A stretch of 64,000 bases of DNA from Octopus vulgaris (Eukaryota), in assembly GCA_951406725.2 (NCBI GenBank), contig OX597819.1, positions 69,440,001 through 69,504,000 of the forward strand, written 5' to 3'. The notes beneath the pieces were generated by a model that was not told the origin of the DNA, ran no database searches, and saw only the letters and a program-made list of their open reading frames with translations. The position numbers and the translations under genes are program-made. Below are positions 28,160-42,279 of the stretch, one piece after another (within the stretch, counting starts at the first letter, position 1; each line of letters begins with the position of its first letter).

Positions 28160-28911
28160 AGAGTATTATTAAAGAGGTTAAAGTGCATTTGCAGAAATAA
28201 TTTTACTTAATGATTTATCGGAATTTTTCAATGAATTTAAATTAAAGTTTATAGATAAAAATTTCTCTCTCAATTTTCACTAAATACATTGCAAATTTCT
28301 GCAATGCGGAAAAGCATTGTTATTTTGTCGAAACTCTGTGGGACAACGCAATAATGTGTTAAGGAGCGCTATTAAAGGAAACAGAGATAGAAATTTATAC
28401 GGAGGACTGTGTTGAGTGAGGAGGGAAACTTTATTTACACATGTCAAAAATGCATTAAGAAATTTCAAATAAGTTTCCAAATCTGAAATTCAAATTAGGA
28501 TTTCTGAAAACCTAATGAAAATAAACGATTTTATTCTTAGAGGAAAAGTAAACTTTAGAGCGAAATTTTATAAACCTGAATGCGTTGACTAAATATTTGT
28601 GAACGACTTAAAAAGCCTCGCTAGCTGTTAACACAGTCCATTCTGTGTGACAGCCCGGTAGATTAATCGCTATCCAGACGCCGATGTTTCTACCCCTTTA
28701 CTTCTCATCAGTTTCAAGGAAAAGGAAGAGGAGAAACTCGGAATAAAATATATATAAATTTTTCAGCGTCCGATATATCAGTTTATTTATCTATTTATTT
28801 ATTTTGCATTTATTAATATATTTGGTTTGCGATAGCTTCGTTCTTCCTGTTTACAATAAAGTATTTTCATGTATAACTAACATCAAACGTATACATAAAG
28901 ACAGACTTATT

Positions 28912-28979
<68 letters not shown>

Positions 28980-29026
28980 TAGATTGATAAAAAGACAGAT
29001 AGATAGAAAGACAGGTAGATAGGTAC

Positions 29027-29095
<69 letters not shown>

Positions 29096-29248
29096 CAGGC
29101 AGATAGATACATACATGCATTCACGAACTTACACTCATGCATAAATATATGATCATATAAAATATAAATAATTATATATATATATATATTTGTATTTTTA
29201 GATAAATATATAAATATATATATGTGTGTGTTTGTGGGCGCACACTCA

Positions 29249-29286
<38 letters not shown>

Positions 29287-30124
29287 CAATACTTTGCAGC
29301 ACGTACATATATGTGGTGCTCCAACTTGGGCGCAGCTTCTCAAGCTGAAATTAGTAAAAAGATATATATATATATACATATATAATATATGTGTGTTCCT
29401 CTGTGTAAATGTCTGTGCGCGCGTGCACGTATGTAAAATGTATGTATATCGTTCCACTGCAACGGTAGCCAAAACTTCCCAACAAATACAACAACAACAA
29501 AAACAGCAGCAGCAGCAGCAGCAGCAGCTTGCCGGCAAAATTTAGTGAGCTGTCCTCATTCCAAGAAGAACCAGCATTAATTTGATATTATTTTTTGGTT
29601 TGCTCTTTTTGTCTCTTGAACGATTCTATGTGTTTGATTGTGCTGAGAACACTATAGTTATGTAGTAACACAAGTTCACCTGATAGCATTGCTCGGCTTT
29701 TTCAATGGTAAGCTTATTGCTGTGACATGGTATTTTCTACGTTACAGAACAATAGACATTAATTAAAACACTAGCAACTATTAGCTTGTTTCTAACCCGT
29801 GAGATCAGTCAAACATCTCCTTCACACTCCTTCACTACCGTTTTTCTGTTTATAGCCTTTTTCATTCTCTCTTTCTTTCTTTCTTTCCTTCTGCCTCTCA
29901 CTCTTTCCTGTTCTCTTTCTCTCTACCGCTTTCCCTCCTTCTCCTCCTCCTTCTATCTCTCTCTCACTCTCAATCACTCTTCCATCTATTCTCCATTTAA
30001 GTTGCACTATTTCTAAATCTCTCTATCACCGTCCACTATCTCACTAAACATACCGCCTTGAAATATACTCTTGAAATATCTACGGTATATATGTATGTAT
30101 ATCCATACGTATGTATATCCATAC

Positions 30125-30206
<82 letters not shown>

Positions 30207-30237
30207 GTATGTATATGTGTATAATGTATATATAACC

Positions 30238-30274
<37 letters not shown>

Positions 30275-30372
30275 TATAGATATACATATATATATATATA
30301 TGTATATGTATATTTATACATGTATAAAGATATGTACCTACATGTACACGTACATCTGACTCTCACTCTATA

Positions 30373-30411
<39 letters not shown>

Positions 30412-30656
30412 AAATATACATGTATGTATGCTTGTATTATACATGTATAAATGGAAGGGGAATGGTTGCGTGCGCGATAACTTCACTTGCTCACCCTGCT
30501 CTTCACGTGATATATCCTGTAAGCAGGACTCCCGCACGGCTATTTCCTTATCTGTCTGAAAGTTTGAAAGTAACGATGCTATATGCTCATTTATTTGAAT
30601 TGTTTGTTACTGAAAAGAGAAACAACAAAGACAATAACAACAACAAGAACAGCAGC

Positions 30657-30727
<71 letters not shown>

Positions 30728-31359
30728 TTATAATGTTTTCTTTACTGGCCAAGGGCGCTCAAATAAATTGAGGTTGAAATACAAAACAATACGACAAGCT
30801 ATACATTTGGTGTTTACAGGTGAACCGGAGAAAAAGGAAAATGAAAAATTTGCAAGAAATAACAATGAAGCGGTGAAAAAGCAACTTCGATGCCCTGGGA
30901 GTTGGAGGAACTTCCTGGGGCCGGTCCAGGTCATTACAAATCCTATGTCAGCTTGTTCACCTTCAGCACCAAGTGGACCTCTCTCGCTCATCCATCATCT
31001 GTAACCGTATGACGTATGCTATTGAATATGTCCGTTCGTTTCAGTTGGTTTTTCTTTTCTCATCGATTGTAATCAGATTTACCGAGTGGCAACATTTCCT
31101 TGTTTAGTGTCTTCTAGAAATTTTCGTGTGATTTCGGCTGATCTAGAAAATTTCTCCAGTTTTTTTTTTTTGTTTTTTTCACTCGCCTACACAACACAGG
31201 ATATTTCGTCGTGGATACTACGAAATAAAAGCCAATTGTGTGATCTCACGATAAGCTAAGTCGATTGTACGATATTTGATACACATGGCAGAAATTGTTT
31301 GATAACTTATCAGAAGTCCCAAATCCCGAGACACTGAATAAATATATATTTTTATATAT

Positions 31360-31470
31360 ATAAGCTTAAAGCTTATGGCGGTCACCGTGCAATGACTAAG
31401 GAAAATAGTCTAATAAAGGGGCATATAAGCCCTCGGCAGAAAACAGAAGGCTTTCATCCGAAAGCATATA
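31360..31470 (+). mobile_element. Copy of the small repeat at 25524-25622 (opposite orientation)
   Basis: ataagcttaaagcttat...tgcaatgactaaggaaaatagtctaataaa...gaaggctttc. Confidence 0.6.
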
Positions 31471-34344
31471 CGATACTGTTTCATTAATGCTCACCGATCT
31501 TGGGCTGGGCATTTCCCGAACCTGTGATGCTTTCCGCTAGTAATGCCGAACCAGGCTTTCCTTATATTTGTCTATAGTCTTTGAGTGGAAAGCCATGTCC
31601 GACACAACGGCTACTTCATTGTTAACCCTGCTCAAAGTTTCTCCCAGAACCTCGCTGCACTTTCCAAGGACTACATCTGTACAGAACGTTATATTCGAAC
31701 TTCTACCCACCGTATTATTATCATTATTATTATTATTAGAAGGCTCTCATGAGTTTGATGTTAGGTGCTTTCAGACCGAATAGTTAAGATAAGCTGCAAC
31801 AAAACTCATTTGAAAAAAGGTGATTACAACTACTCACCGTTCCAAAAAGTTTTTGAAAATATATCGCAACCTCGGCGCATATCTGTGCATCACCAGCCGT
31901 GACAAACCGACCCATTTCTCAAAAGATTGCTGGAAGCAGATGACTTTCCTGATAAGCGGGATGCATCATTTCCAAAGAATTGAAATAAAAACGGTCAAGT
32001 CTGTTGCGACGAAAACTGGACCAAGATGCGATGACCACGTTGTACTATATTACGGCGCTGATATACGAGTCACTACCTTTTGTCCAGGACTTTACAGTTA
32101 TCCTCTTTTCAGATGTGTTGCCCAGTGGTTAGGGTGTTGCATTCTTGCAGTTATAATAGCAAAATCGTGGTTCGATTCCCGATTCGGGTAGTGCGTTGTG
32201 TCCCTCAGCAAAGCACTTCGTTTCACTTTGCTCCAGTTCACTCGGCTATAAATAACTTTCCCACCAAACGACTGGCATCCTCTTCAGGGGTAATATTATG
32301 ATCTTTGTCATTTATAGCCCATGGAAACCCCAAGACATCAACCCTATGAGTCTTACGAGTCCAGAAGCTGATGAGGAGAAGGATTCCACTCAACCCTTTT
32401 CTGAGTAACATTGACCATTTTCACGTATTCAGCTGCAGATCCGTAACCAGCTGTAAATCTTCACCCAACCAATAACTGAGTCACTTAACTGGAATCTGTC
32501 CCCTGTACGGATATTCCTAACGTCCGGTACAACGCTGCAAGTCCATGGAAATCTCAATCTTCGCCGCAGTCGTCGCCTAATATTTTTTTAGATTGGTACG
32601 ACCTCCTTGATATCCCTGATGCCCGACACCATTAGGCTGCCGAATTGGTTTTTTGTGGCGTACCATTTTGAACGGTTCCTCCTCAACCAATATAGTTTCT
32701 GCAGCTGTGGCTTGAGAACCAACACTTATACCAGGGTGAGGTGGGGATAGACGGGCGAACAGACTATTTGATGTAGAATAGTTCCCGTAGGCGGTGGTTC
32801 ATTTTGATCGTTGTAAAGACACTGCTTTGCCTTACAGTGATCCAGTCCTCGAAAGCAAATTTGTTAGCTTTACCACAGCCCGTATATAACGGGCGTCAAA
32901 CCTATCGAAGCCTTTCGATTGATCTCAAATTGTTTAGAGGCACCACTTAAGACCCCTTAACTACGATGTATATCGTAAGACATCATTCTCCAATCTACCG
33001 ACCATACTCACGAAGACGAACATCAATTTTTTCGTTTTCAATTTTACCGTTGGCTCTTGCTATTTCTACAAATTGTTTAGCATATCTGAAATCATTTTAT
33101 ACTTCTTTATTTGCAAAGTTTTCAATGTTTATAGGTCTAAGCATGGCTTGGTGGTTAAGCAGTTCGCTTTGCAACCATGTGGTTTCAGGTTCAGTCCCAC
33201 ATGGCGACTTTTTGAGCAACCCTCTTCTATTATGACTCCATGCCGACTATAAACTTTGGAGTAAATTGGGTAAAGCGGAACCGTGTGGAAACCTGTCACC
33301 TACATGTGTGTTTGTTTGTGTTTGTATACGGGTGGATTTTTTTTTTGTTTGAGTATATGTGTGTTTGTACATTTATAAACCACCGGTATATACCACTTGG
33401 TAACCGGTATTCTAATAACCGTATTCTAATAGTTTAGCACATGAGACCGATTAAATGAGTAAAAACTTAACGAAAAAATAAATAACCCCAAAATAACGCA
33501 TAAGTAAAAAGGATCCATTTGTTCGAATAAACCCTTCATGGCATTGCAGTAGCACGATCCCAATGCAGTAACTGAGAGAAGTAAGGATAAAAGCTAAAAA
33601 ATGAAAGATAAAACAAATTTCTGTCTGCCTCGCAATAGATGTAGCGATAAACGCTAGCATCTATTATGAGGCATTCACTTTTTTTTAATGTCGCATATAA
33701 TGATATCTAGTCTACAGTATTCAATTATTCTGTCTGAATGTCAAAATCGCAGAGAAGTTCTGGTTTATTATATTCATTAACAGTCTTTTCTGGTAGGTAA
33801 TTTGCATCACTTGTCTGAAGTCAAGTATTCATATTTTTTTCTTGTGATCAGTGTTAATTGAGACCAACCTTATCCCGCCAGTCGTCGTTGTGTTCTTTCT
33901 GTGTGAACGTTTGCAACCTGCTAGAATATGACCGATAGTTTCCATTTTGATTACATATAGGGTACTTGTTCGGTGAAACAGTGCAATAAATATGGTATTC
34001 TCTGAATTCATGTTTACACGTTGAGCTTAAGTGGGCTTCAAAAATCTCGTCTATTTTCTCTTTAAATTCTCTCACCTGATCCACTCATAAGATTGTTGAT
34101 AATTTTTCACATTCTTGGTAACTCTAGAATTTTCCAAAGAACTGCATAACGGTTCCATTCTTTCATGGGTTATCCAACTTTGTTATGTTCATTTTTAAAG
34201 TTGAGAATGGTCCAATACTAGTCCGATAGCATCACGTTTCAACCTTTTTCTGCTCAAAGCATGTTCATAAATTTGTCTTAAATGCCCATGTTTGTTTCAA
34301 ACTTTTAATCATCCTTTGTTTTCTATGTTCTAAGTGAGATAATG

Positions 34345-34854
34345 TGGAGGTGCGTGGCTTAGTGGTTAGGGTGTTGAATTCGTGATCATAAAGCTGTGGT
34401 TTCTATTCCTGGGCCGGGCGATGCGTTGTGTTCTTGAGCAAAGCACTTCATTTCACGTTGCTCCAGTCCACTCAGCTGGCAAATATGAGTAATCCTACGA
34501 CGGACCGGCGTCCCATCCAGGTGGGGAATTTCTACGCCACTGAAACCGGGAAACCGGCCCTTATGAGCCTGGCATAGCTCAAGAAGGAACATTTTTGTGA
34601 AGGCACGTGGATTAGTGGTTAGGGTGTCAGCATCATGATCGTAAGATTGTGGCTTCGATTCCTGTACCGGGCGACGCGTTGTGATCTTGAGCAAAACACT
34701 TGTTTTCCCGTTGCTCCAGTCCACTCAGCTGGCAAAAATGAGTAACGCTGCGATGGACTGGCGTCCCATCCTGCTGGGGAACATATACGCCATTGAAACC
34801 GGGAAACCGAGCCCATGAGCCTGGCTCGGCTTTAAAAGGGCGCATTTATTTTTT
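34345..34854 (+). mobile_element. Head-to-tail dimer of tRNA-derived Meta/V-like SINEs with one 14-bp TSD
   Basis: Two ~255-nt units, each with A/B boxes, ccagtccactcagctggc and ggac.ggcgtcccatcc; flanked by taagtgagataatg (34331-34344) and taagtaagataatg (34855-34868). Confidence 0.88.
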
Positions 34855-35339
34855 TAAGTAAGATAATGCTTTCCTTTCATAAGTCCTAAAATACTCTGAT
34901 GGTTGAGAAAAATTAAGAATGTGTACTATTTATGACACATGTGCCAGGGAAATATGTCCTGTGTATATCATAGCATAGGAATAGTATTAAGTGTTTCTTT
35001 GCTGTTTACAACATGGTGATTCATTGATATTTACCTTGTCAAGACAATAAAAAAAGTTCTATTAAGTCGTCTACTTTCAAACTCCCGTCTCATGTATCAC
35101 CGACTGACATTTGTTTTAAGATGCACCAATTCATATATAAGTGTGTTTCCTGTTTTACGGTCTCAAGCAGTCGCTCACAGCCGGGTTCTATATAAACCTT
35201 GCCGATCCGTATACGAATTAGTTATTAAAAACTTATGTGCAAGAAACTGGTTATTCTTTTACAAAACACAAAATATTTTAACGATCATTTCAAATACATT
35301 TACTAATAATATCTAGTTACAAAAATACAATAGAATATT

Positions 35340-35559
35340 TTTTCAGTCGTTTGACTGCGGCCATGCTGGAGCACGCATTTTAGTCGAACAAATCGCACCC
35401 AGAACTTACTCTTTGTAAACTTTGTACTTATTCTATCGGTCTTCTTTGCCGAACCGCTAAGTTACGGTGATGTAAGCACACGAACATCGGTTGTCAAACG
35501 ATGGTTGGGAGGACAAACACAGACACACAAATGCACATGCACACGCACATACACTCACA

Positions 35560-35613
<54 letters not shown>

Positions 35614-35813
35614 TATATACACACACATATACATATATATATATACATAAGACGGGCTTCTTTGAGTTTCAATTTACTAAATCCACTCTCAAGGCTTTGG
35701 TCGGCTTGAGGCTACAACAGATGACACTTGTCGAAGTTGCCACGCAGTGGGACTGAACATAGAACCATGTAGTTCGGAAGCAAGCTTTTTACCACACAGC
35801 TACTCATGCGCCT
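35340..35813 (-). mobile_element. CORE-like SINE inserted in the Dong relic
   Basis: Family motifs end to end. Confidence 0.88.
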
Positions 35814-37400
35814 ATATATAATAAGATATTTTAAAACAATGAATGAATAGGGTTAGGGTCCAGTTGACTAGAATAGGAATCGACGAGATCCATAGGAAAA
35901 AAAAACGGTTGAGAGCCATTAGTTTAAGGCACATATTTGTCTTCCAGTACTATAACGAACGACAGCAGCTGCCAATACGTTCGCATTTATCAGATTTTTT
36001 GAATCTCATTTGAATTTCAATACAAGATTTAATGGTTTCAAATAGGTCGTTTGAAATAGTTTCCTCTGCGTAAAACCGCTATCTTCCAATATGGCTCTAT
36101 ACATTTGTCCATTGTTATTAATTTCTAAACTATATTCTTCCGTTAAATACATTCCATTAATGTGTGAACCTTTCCCTCTCTTTCTCCCCAAAGTTTAACA
36201 TTTAAATACATCAATCTTCATTCTAATATCCCTGAAAAAACCCTGTATTGTTTGAACAAATAAATATAGCTTTTTTACTGATTTTACAAATATCTTTCTA
36301 TCGTTGACGAGGAATAGATTATGTAGAAGAATGCATTTTCCCGGGTTTGTAGCTTCTGTTGATATTTCTAAGCGTCATTCATAAACGCCTTAGCAAATAA
36401 CAAAGGGGAGAGAGTACCACCTTTGAAGATGTCTCCTTTAACGGCTTGTTCCCACCAACGATTTCTTGTTCAACATTAAATTTGTTTTCAACTCAGCCAT
36501 ACTTAGCACCGACGGTGTTGGTGTTCTGCCTTGGCAAACAACCAGCATGAGACAACAATTTAGAAGGAGAAAATACGTCGTCGACGTTTACTCAAGTAAG
36601 CCAAATTTCGTCGTCTGAATTTCATAAGTATCACTTCGTGAATGACCATATAGGCTACGGTGCATTTTGAGTTCCCTCTTCAATCCTTCTTGAATTAACT
36701 CATTTGTTACTTTTACTCGAGAAAGAAAGAGTGCCTGTTAATAATTCCTCCCCAAAATGTATTCAGATGAATGGTCGATAATTTTCAACAGCCTTTCCTT
36801 TCTTTGGCTTTTTCAATATCAAAGTTGTTTCTTTTCGATAGTATCATTAACAGCGATAATCGTCCCTCTCTTTACGTTCAAAACCTGCTGAGATGAACTT
36901 GCTTTGATCCCTGCAGTATCGAGTCGACAAGGTGCTGCGGGCGATTTCATATGATAAACATCCATAAACCCATGGTTTGTAACGAATTAATGGCTGGGGA
37001 TTTTCAGAATTATATAAGAGTCGGAATTTTGGCATTTCCCCTGGCTTTTTATATTCTGATTGGAAATCCCAAAGAGGTTATGTTTGTTTTTCATCCGTTC
37101 GCGGTCGATAAAATTATGTTTCAGTCAAGGAATGTCATCTTGAAATTCCATTTCGGAAATTCCATTTTGGATTTTTGCTTTCGTTTTCTTTTTCTATATG
37201 GTGGTTGGAACACAGCACACTACTCTATCTATTTCAATAACAGAAGCCGTCAGACCATATCAAGCAGAGGCGTGCAGTATGGAATATTTGTAATATGCTC
37301 AAAACTTTCTTTGAGTTGCCGCGCTTCCAACTCACCTCTGACAGTACAAACATACACGAATCCCCGCGCACACATACATATATACATACATACATGCATG

Positions 37401-37453
<53 letters not shown>

Positions 37454-37497
37454 CATATAAATGTATCTAACTATATCTATCTATTATATGTTATATA

Positions 37498-37620
<123 letters not shown>

Positions 37621-37856
37621 CAGACAGACAGACAGAGAGATGTACTTGAATAGCGAGTGACTTGATCTGAGATCGTGTACTGGAACGAAATCAATTGCAG
37701 CGTGGAAGGTGTTTATAAGCCATTTAAGAAACACTCAAAAACCGTTAGATTCACTTCAACATTTAAATTTAATTTGTCAAAATATTGTCGTAGCTTTGAG
37801 ACCGCGACCTGTTCACTGACAAAACTTCCTGCTGCATCTCATATATATTGGGTTCC

Positions 37857-38030
37857 TGCATAGTTATTGCGGCTTTTTTTCAACAAATTTTGTTCAACAG
37901 AATCGATAACAACATGTAACAAAAACAATCTTTAAATGATTATTCCGGAGCATATTCACCAAATACTTCAATTACTGCTTCCCATTGGCTTGGCAAACGG
38001 TCAGAGCGTCATTTTTACAGATGTCTTTGC
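37857..38030 (-). mobile_element. Mariner 3' end relic
   Basis: Minus frame DRLPSQWEAVIEVFGEYAPE* resembles the mariner C-terminus (LP.RW..VI...GEY); TIR-like end next to TA. Confidence 0.6.
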
Positions 38031-38034
38031 AAAT

Positions 38035-38082
<48 letters not shown>

Positions 38083-38086
<4 letters not shown>

Positions 38087-38726
38087 TATTACAAAATATT
38101 ATAATAATCCAGGTTTCTCGGAGCACTGGGCCACTTGGTGTTGAATAGATATGCTATTAAATTAGTATCTAATTCTCTCACCCTTATTAATTAATTATAA
38201 TTATGCTACATTTATTTCTAAATGTGGTATTTGTCTCCGTGAAAGTTTGGCGCGCTGTTAGTAGGGGCATTTGAATTATAACGTCGGATGTAATCAATTG
38301 AACCACACGTGTATTTATCGTTATGGTAAAATCTGGCGTGTGATTGAGTGGATTTCATCCAGATAGTTTTGGCTGAGGAGCTACAAGTGGATTTTTTTGT
38401 AAGTAAAATTACATTTAATTCATTAATAGCGAAACAATTGTCCCAAAATAATCTGTATTTTTGTTATTTTTTATTTGCCCTGTTCGTGTGAGCTAACAAT
38501 CGTACTGACTTTCATGGGAAACATATATTTTTGTGGTTGAAACCTTTTGGATTAACTAGTGCTAGAGTGAGCCATATAGTGACCACTCTCTTATATTTAT
38601 TTTTGTATAAAATATTATAATATATTACAAAATATTATAATAATCCAGGTTTCTCGGAGCACTGGGCCACTTGGTGTTGAATAGATATGCTATTAAATTA
38701 GTATCTAATTCTCTCACCCTTATTAA

Positions 38727-38735
<9 letters not shown>
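38083..38735 (+). mobile_element. Retrozyme-like element: 536-nt monomer plus 117-bp terminal direct repeat, in (TA)n
   Basis: 38083-38199 is repeated apparently identically at 38619-38735; (TA)n on both sides; no ORF; contains a canonical HHR. Confidence 0.8.
38367..38448 (+). ncRNA. Type I hammerhead ribozyme (canonical core, GUC cleavage)
   Basis: Stem I ttttgg/ccaaaa; core CTGAGGA (38373-79); stem II gcta/tagc with long loop; GAAA (38431-34); palindromic helix III ACAATTGT; predicted cleavage after C38442. Confidence 0.85.
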
Positions 38736-38768
<33 letters not shown>

Positions 38769-38769
38769 A

Positions 38770-39085
38770 TCGGTTTGATTTTTGAACTCTTACTCTCGTA
38801 GAAAACCATCAAGGTACTTGAAAAAGTGGTAGTCGATAGGAGAAAGGTCTGTAGGAATAGGTTAGCTAGGGAAGAACTTCGTAGCCAAATTCCCTCAACT
38901 TCTGGAGCGTCTTTATTTAAAGGTGTAGTCAAGCATTGTCATGACGGAGGAGTAGCATATTTTAGTTCATTTGGACAATTTTATGGCAATATCCTTCTGC
39001 AGTAATGGTTTTTCCAGGTTTTAAGAAGTTATATTGGATAAGTCCAGCAGTACGCCACCAAAAAGTTACCAAAACTTTGTTTTGT
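38770..39085 (-). pseudogene. Decayed mariner (DD34D, Hsmar1-like) transposase fragment
   Basis: KVLVTFWWRTAGLIQYNFLKPGKTITAEGYCHKIVQM, then LRHDNA and TLQKLREFGYEVLP motifs. Confidence 0.85.
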
Positions 39086-40087
39086 AAGAACGGTGACAAA
39101 AATATCAATGTTAATTTATTGATGCAGTTGGGCAATAATTCTGAAAGAATCCGGTACAAATTCTTCATGGTTCAAAACGTTGTTTACTTTTTTACTCTCC
39201 TATTCCTTTTACATATTTCAGTCATATGACTGCAGCCATGCTGGAACACCTCCTTAAAGGGTTTTAGTAGCAAAAATCGCCCCCATAGCTTATTCTTGTC
39301 AGCAACGTGTGAGCAACGGGAGAGAGAGAGTAAAGGAGGCAGAGGGAGAGAGATAGAGAGACACAGACAGCGAGAGACAGATAGAAAACGGTGAAGCGAA
39401 GAAAAAAGAATTTAGAGAAAGGACAGAGAAAAAACGAAAGGAGAAGGGGAGAAAAAAGAATTAGAGAAAGGAAGAGAGCTAAATCTTTTTTCTCTCCTTC
39501 TTTCACTTTCCTTTTTTCTCTCATCCTTTCTCTAATTCTTTTTTCTCTCCTTCACCGTTTTCTATCTCTTTTCTGTGCCTCTTCCTCCTTTACCTCTCTC
39601 TCTCTCTCTCTCTCTCTCCCGTTACTCATATGTGACCATCATCCATCTTTCTTTTCCTCACGTGATCAGTTTTCTTTTCCTTCGGTCTGTCGCACCGACC
39701 AGACGCATTCTTATCTGTTTCCCTATCCATCGTTTCTCTTGTCAAAGTATATTCCGCCAGCGTTCGCTATTTTACCTCGTCTGGCCTATCGGCCCTCCTT
39801 GTTTGTTTTCCTTTGATTTGTTGTATGTCTCCACTGTCCTGTTTTTGTTTCTACCAACTTTGACCCTCCGCAAATCCCAAATATTATTTTGATTCGCGGG
39901 AGCAACTGTTTTTTGAAACCTCATATTGCAGTTAATTGCTGGAAATGTGGAGTAGATAACAGTCGATATTTCATGAAATTTATGTTACTTGTCTTGTTTT
40001 CCATTTGTTTCTCTCGTTGTTCGCATACCCATGTATGCCTTCGTATTTCATGCTGTTTATGTTTTGTGACGTCCTGTAGCCATATAA

Positions 40088-40151
<64 letters not shown>

Positions 40152-40210
40152 ATATATATAGTTAAGTTCCAGATTCAGTAAATTTGCGAATAGAACCAAC
40201 GTTGAACCCC

Positions 40211-40502
<292 letters not shown>

Positions 40503-40543
40503 TATATATGTAAGAATATAACATTTATGTATGTATATATGTG

Positions 40544-40602
<59 letters not shown>

Positions 40603-40667
40603 GTACGTACGTGTGTATGTATGTATGTAAACATTACCTAAAGGACGCATAGAATTGTCTAATATAC

Positions 40668-41085
40668 GTAGGTGCAGGAGTGGCTGTGTGGTAAGTAGCT
40701 TGCTTACCAACAACATGGTTCCGGATTCATTCCCTCTGCGTGGCAACTTGGGCGAGTGTCTTCTTCTATAGCCTCGGGCTGACCAAAGACTTGTGAGTGG
40801 ATTTGGTAGACGCAAACTGACAGAAGCCTGTCGTATATATGTATATTTATATATATATAAGTGTATATGTATGTATATGTGTATATGTTTGCGTGTCTGT
40901 GTTTGTCCCCCAGCATCGCTTGACAACCGATGGTGGTGTGTTTGCATCCCCGTAACCTAGCGGTTCGGCAAAAGATACTGATAGAATAAGTACTAAGCTT
41001 ACCAAGAATAAGTCATGGGGTCGATTTGCTGGACTAAAGGCGGTGCTCCAACATGGCCGCAGTCAAATTACTGAAATATGTAAAA
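40668..41085 (+). mobile_element. Full-length CORE-like SINE
   Basis: gtaggtgcaggagtggctgtgtggtaag...gcagtcaaattactgaaa. Confidence 0.92.
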
Positions 41086-41699
41086 GATGCACACCACACA
41101 TATTTATATACCGTGTGTGTATGTGTGCATGTGTGTGTGCGTGTGTGTGTACGCGTGCCTTGTGTGTCTTGTACGTATGCTAGACAATTTTATCACATTT
41201 ATATATCTCATGGCGCAATGAAACGAATTTATATCGTTTAGCTATGTTCTTTTATGTTTTCCGATATGAATTGGAATTTTGCTGAGTGTTAAACTCGACC
41301 TTGCCGCTCCTCCATAGATTTTGCATAAAAATACCAAAAAATGTAATGAACAACCGGGGTCTATTTAAGTGAGTGTGCTCTCTCTCCTCTCTCTCCCTCT
41401 CTCTCTCTCTCTTTCTCTCTCTCTGTCACTCTCTTTCCTTTTCAAAAGATGGTCTTGTGGCAATATTAGAAATGCCTAATAATTAGGTTTGATTAGGAAC
41501 AAGAAAAATATGTGCTGCTATAAATTGAATAAACGTCAAAATATGAGTGTTTTGTAGTTTTGTTAATATTGTACAAGAGACGAATGATGGTATAGCGAAG
41601 GAGGAAAGAGAGGAAAAAGGAAAGGAAAACCATATAGAAATATATGGTGAAAGACAATGGCAAGTTTCAGGAATAAATACAAATGACGTGTTGAAGAAT

Positions 41700-42247
41700 G
41701 TGAGGTCGAGAAGGAGGAGGAGGGGGAAGAAGAAGAAGAAGGAGAAGAAGAAGAAGAAGAAGAAGAAGAAGAAGAAGAAGAAGAAGAAGAAGAAGAAGAT
41801 CTGGGAGAGCAAGAAAGACAAATGTTAGTCAAAGAATATGAGAATATGAGAAGTTCCAAATGGCTTTTGAAGATTAAATATAAAAAGCAAAGAAGGTAGG
41901 ATAGGAGGAATAAAAGAAAGGGAGTGTAAAAAAAAAAGAAAGAAAGAAAGAATGGAAGAAAGATAGAAAGAAGGAAAGAAAGAATGGAAAAGGGAAGGAA
42001 TAATGGAAGATAGAAAGAAAGAAAGAAGGAAAGACAGAAGGAAAGAAAGAAAGAAAGAAAGATAGAAAGAAAGAAAGAAAGAATGGAAGTAAGATAGAAA
42101 GGAAGGAAGGAAGAATGGAAGTAAGATAGAAAGAAAAAAGAGAGAAAGAATAGAAAAAGAAAGAAAGACAGAAAGAATGGAAGAAAAATAGAAAGCAAGA
42201 AAGATAGAATGAAAGAAAGAAACAAGAAAGTAAGAAAGAAAGTATGA

Positions 42248-42279
<32 letters not shown>

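Larger units (their letters stand above)
33700..37330 (-). mobile_element. Decayed, long R4/Dong-type LINE (RT plus Zn-knuckle region) interrupted by SINEs
   Basis: Minus-strand motifs in expected order: KAVENYRPFI (~36790), GDIFKGGTLSPLLF and FMNDA (~36370-36435; cf. QGD.LSPLLF and FMDD), DIRMKIDVFKC..GRKRGK (~36200), CNQ/ETIGHILAGC and DKVG (~33870-33960). Boundaries approximate. Confidence 0.75.

Noticed and set aside
32365-32410. CTGATGAG motif
   Set aside because: No downstream GAAA or helix III
30900-33030. Possible old RTE-like LINE fragments (also 25080-25320 and 62350-63400)
   Set aside because: Only faint motif hints by eye; needs tBLASTn to support
37690-37850. Cassette with minus-strand tttgtc...gacaaa stem and aatatt palindrome, possible hammerhead variant
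   Set aside because: Core reads CAGTGAA/GACAA; too far from consensus to call from one copy
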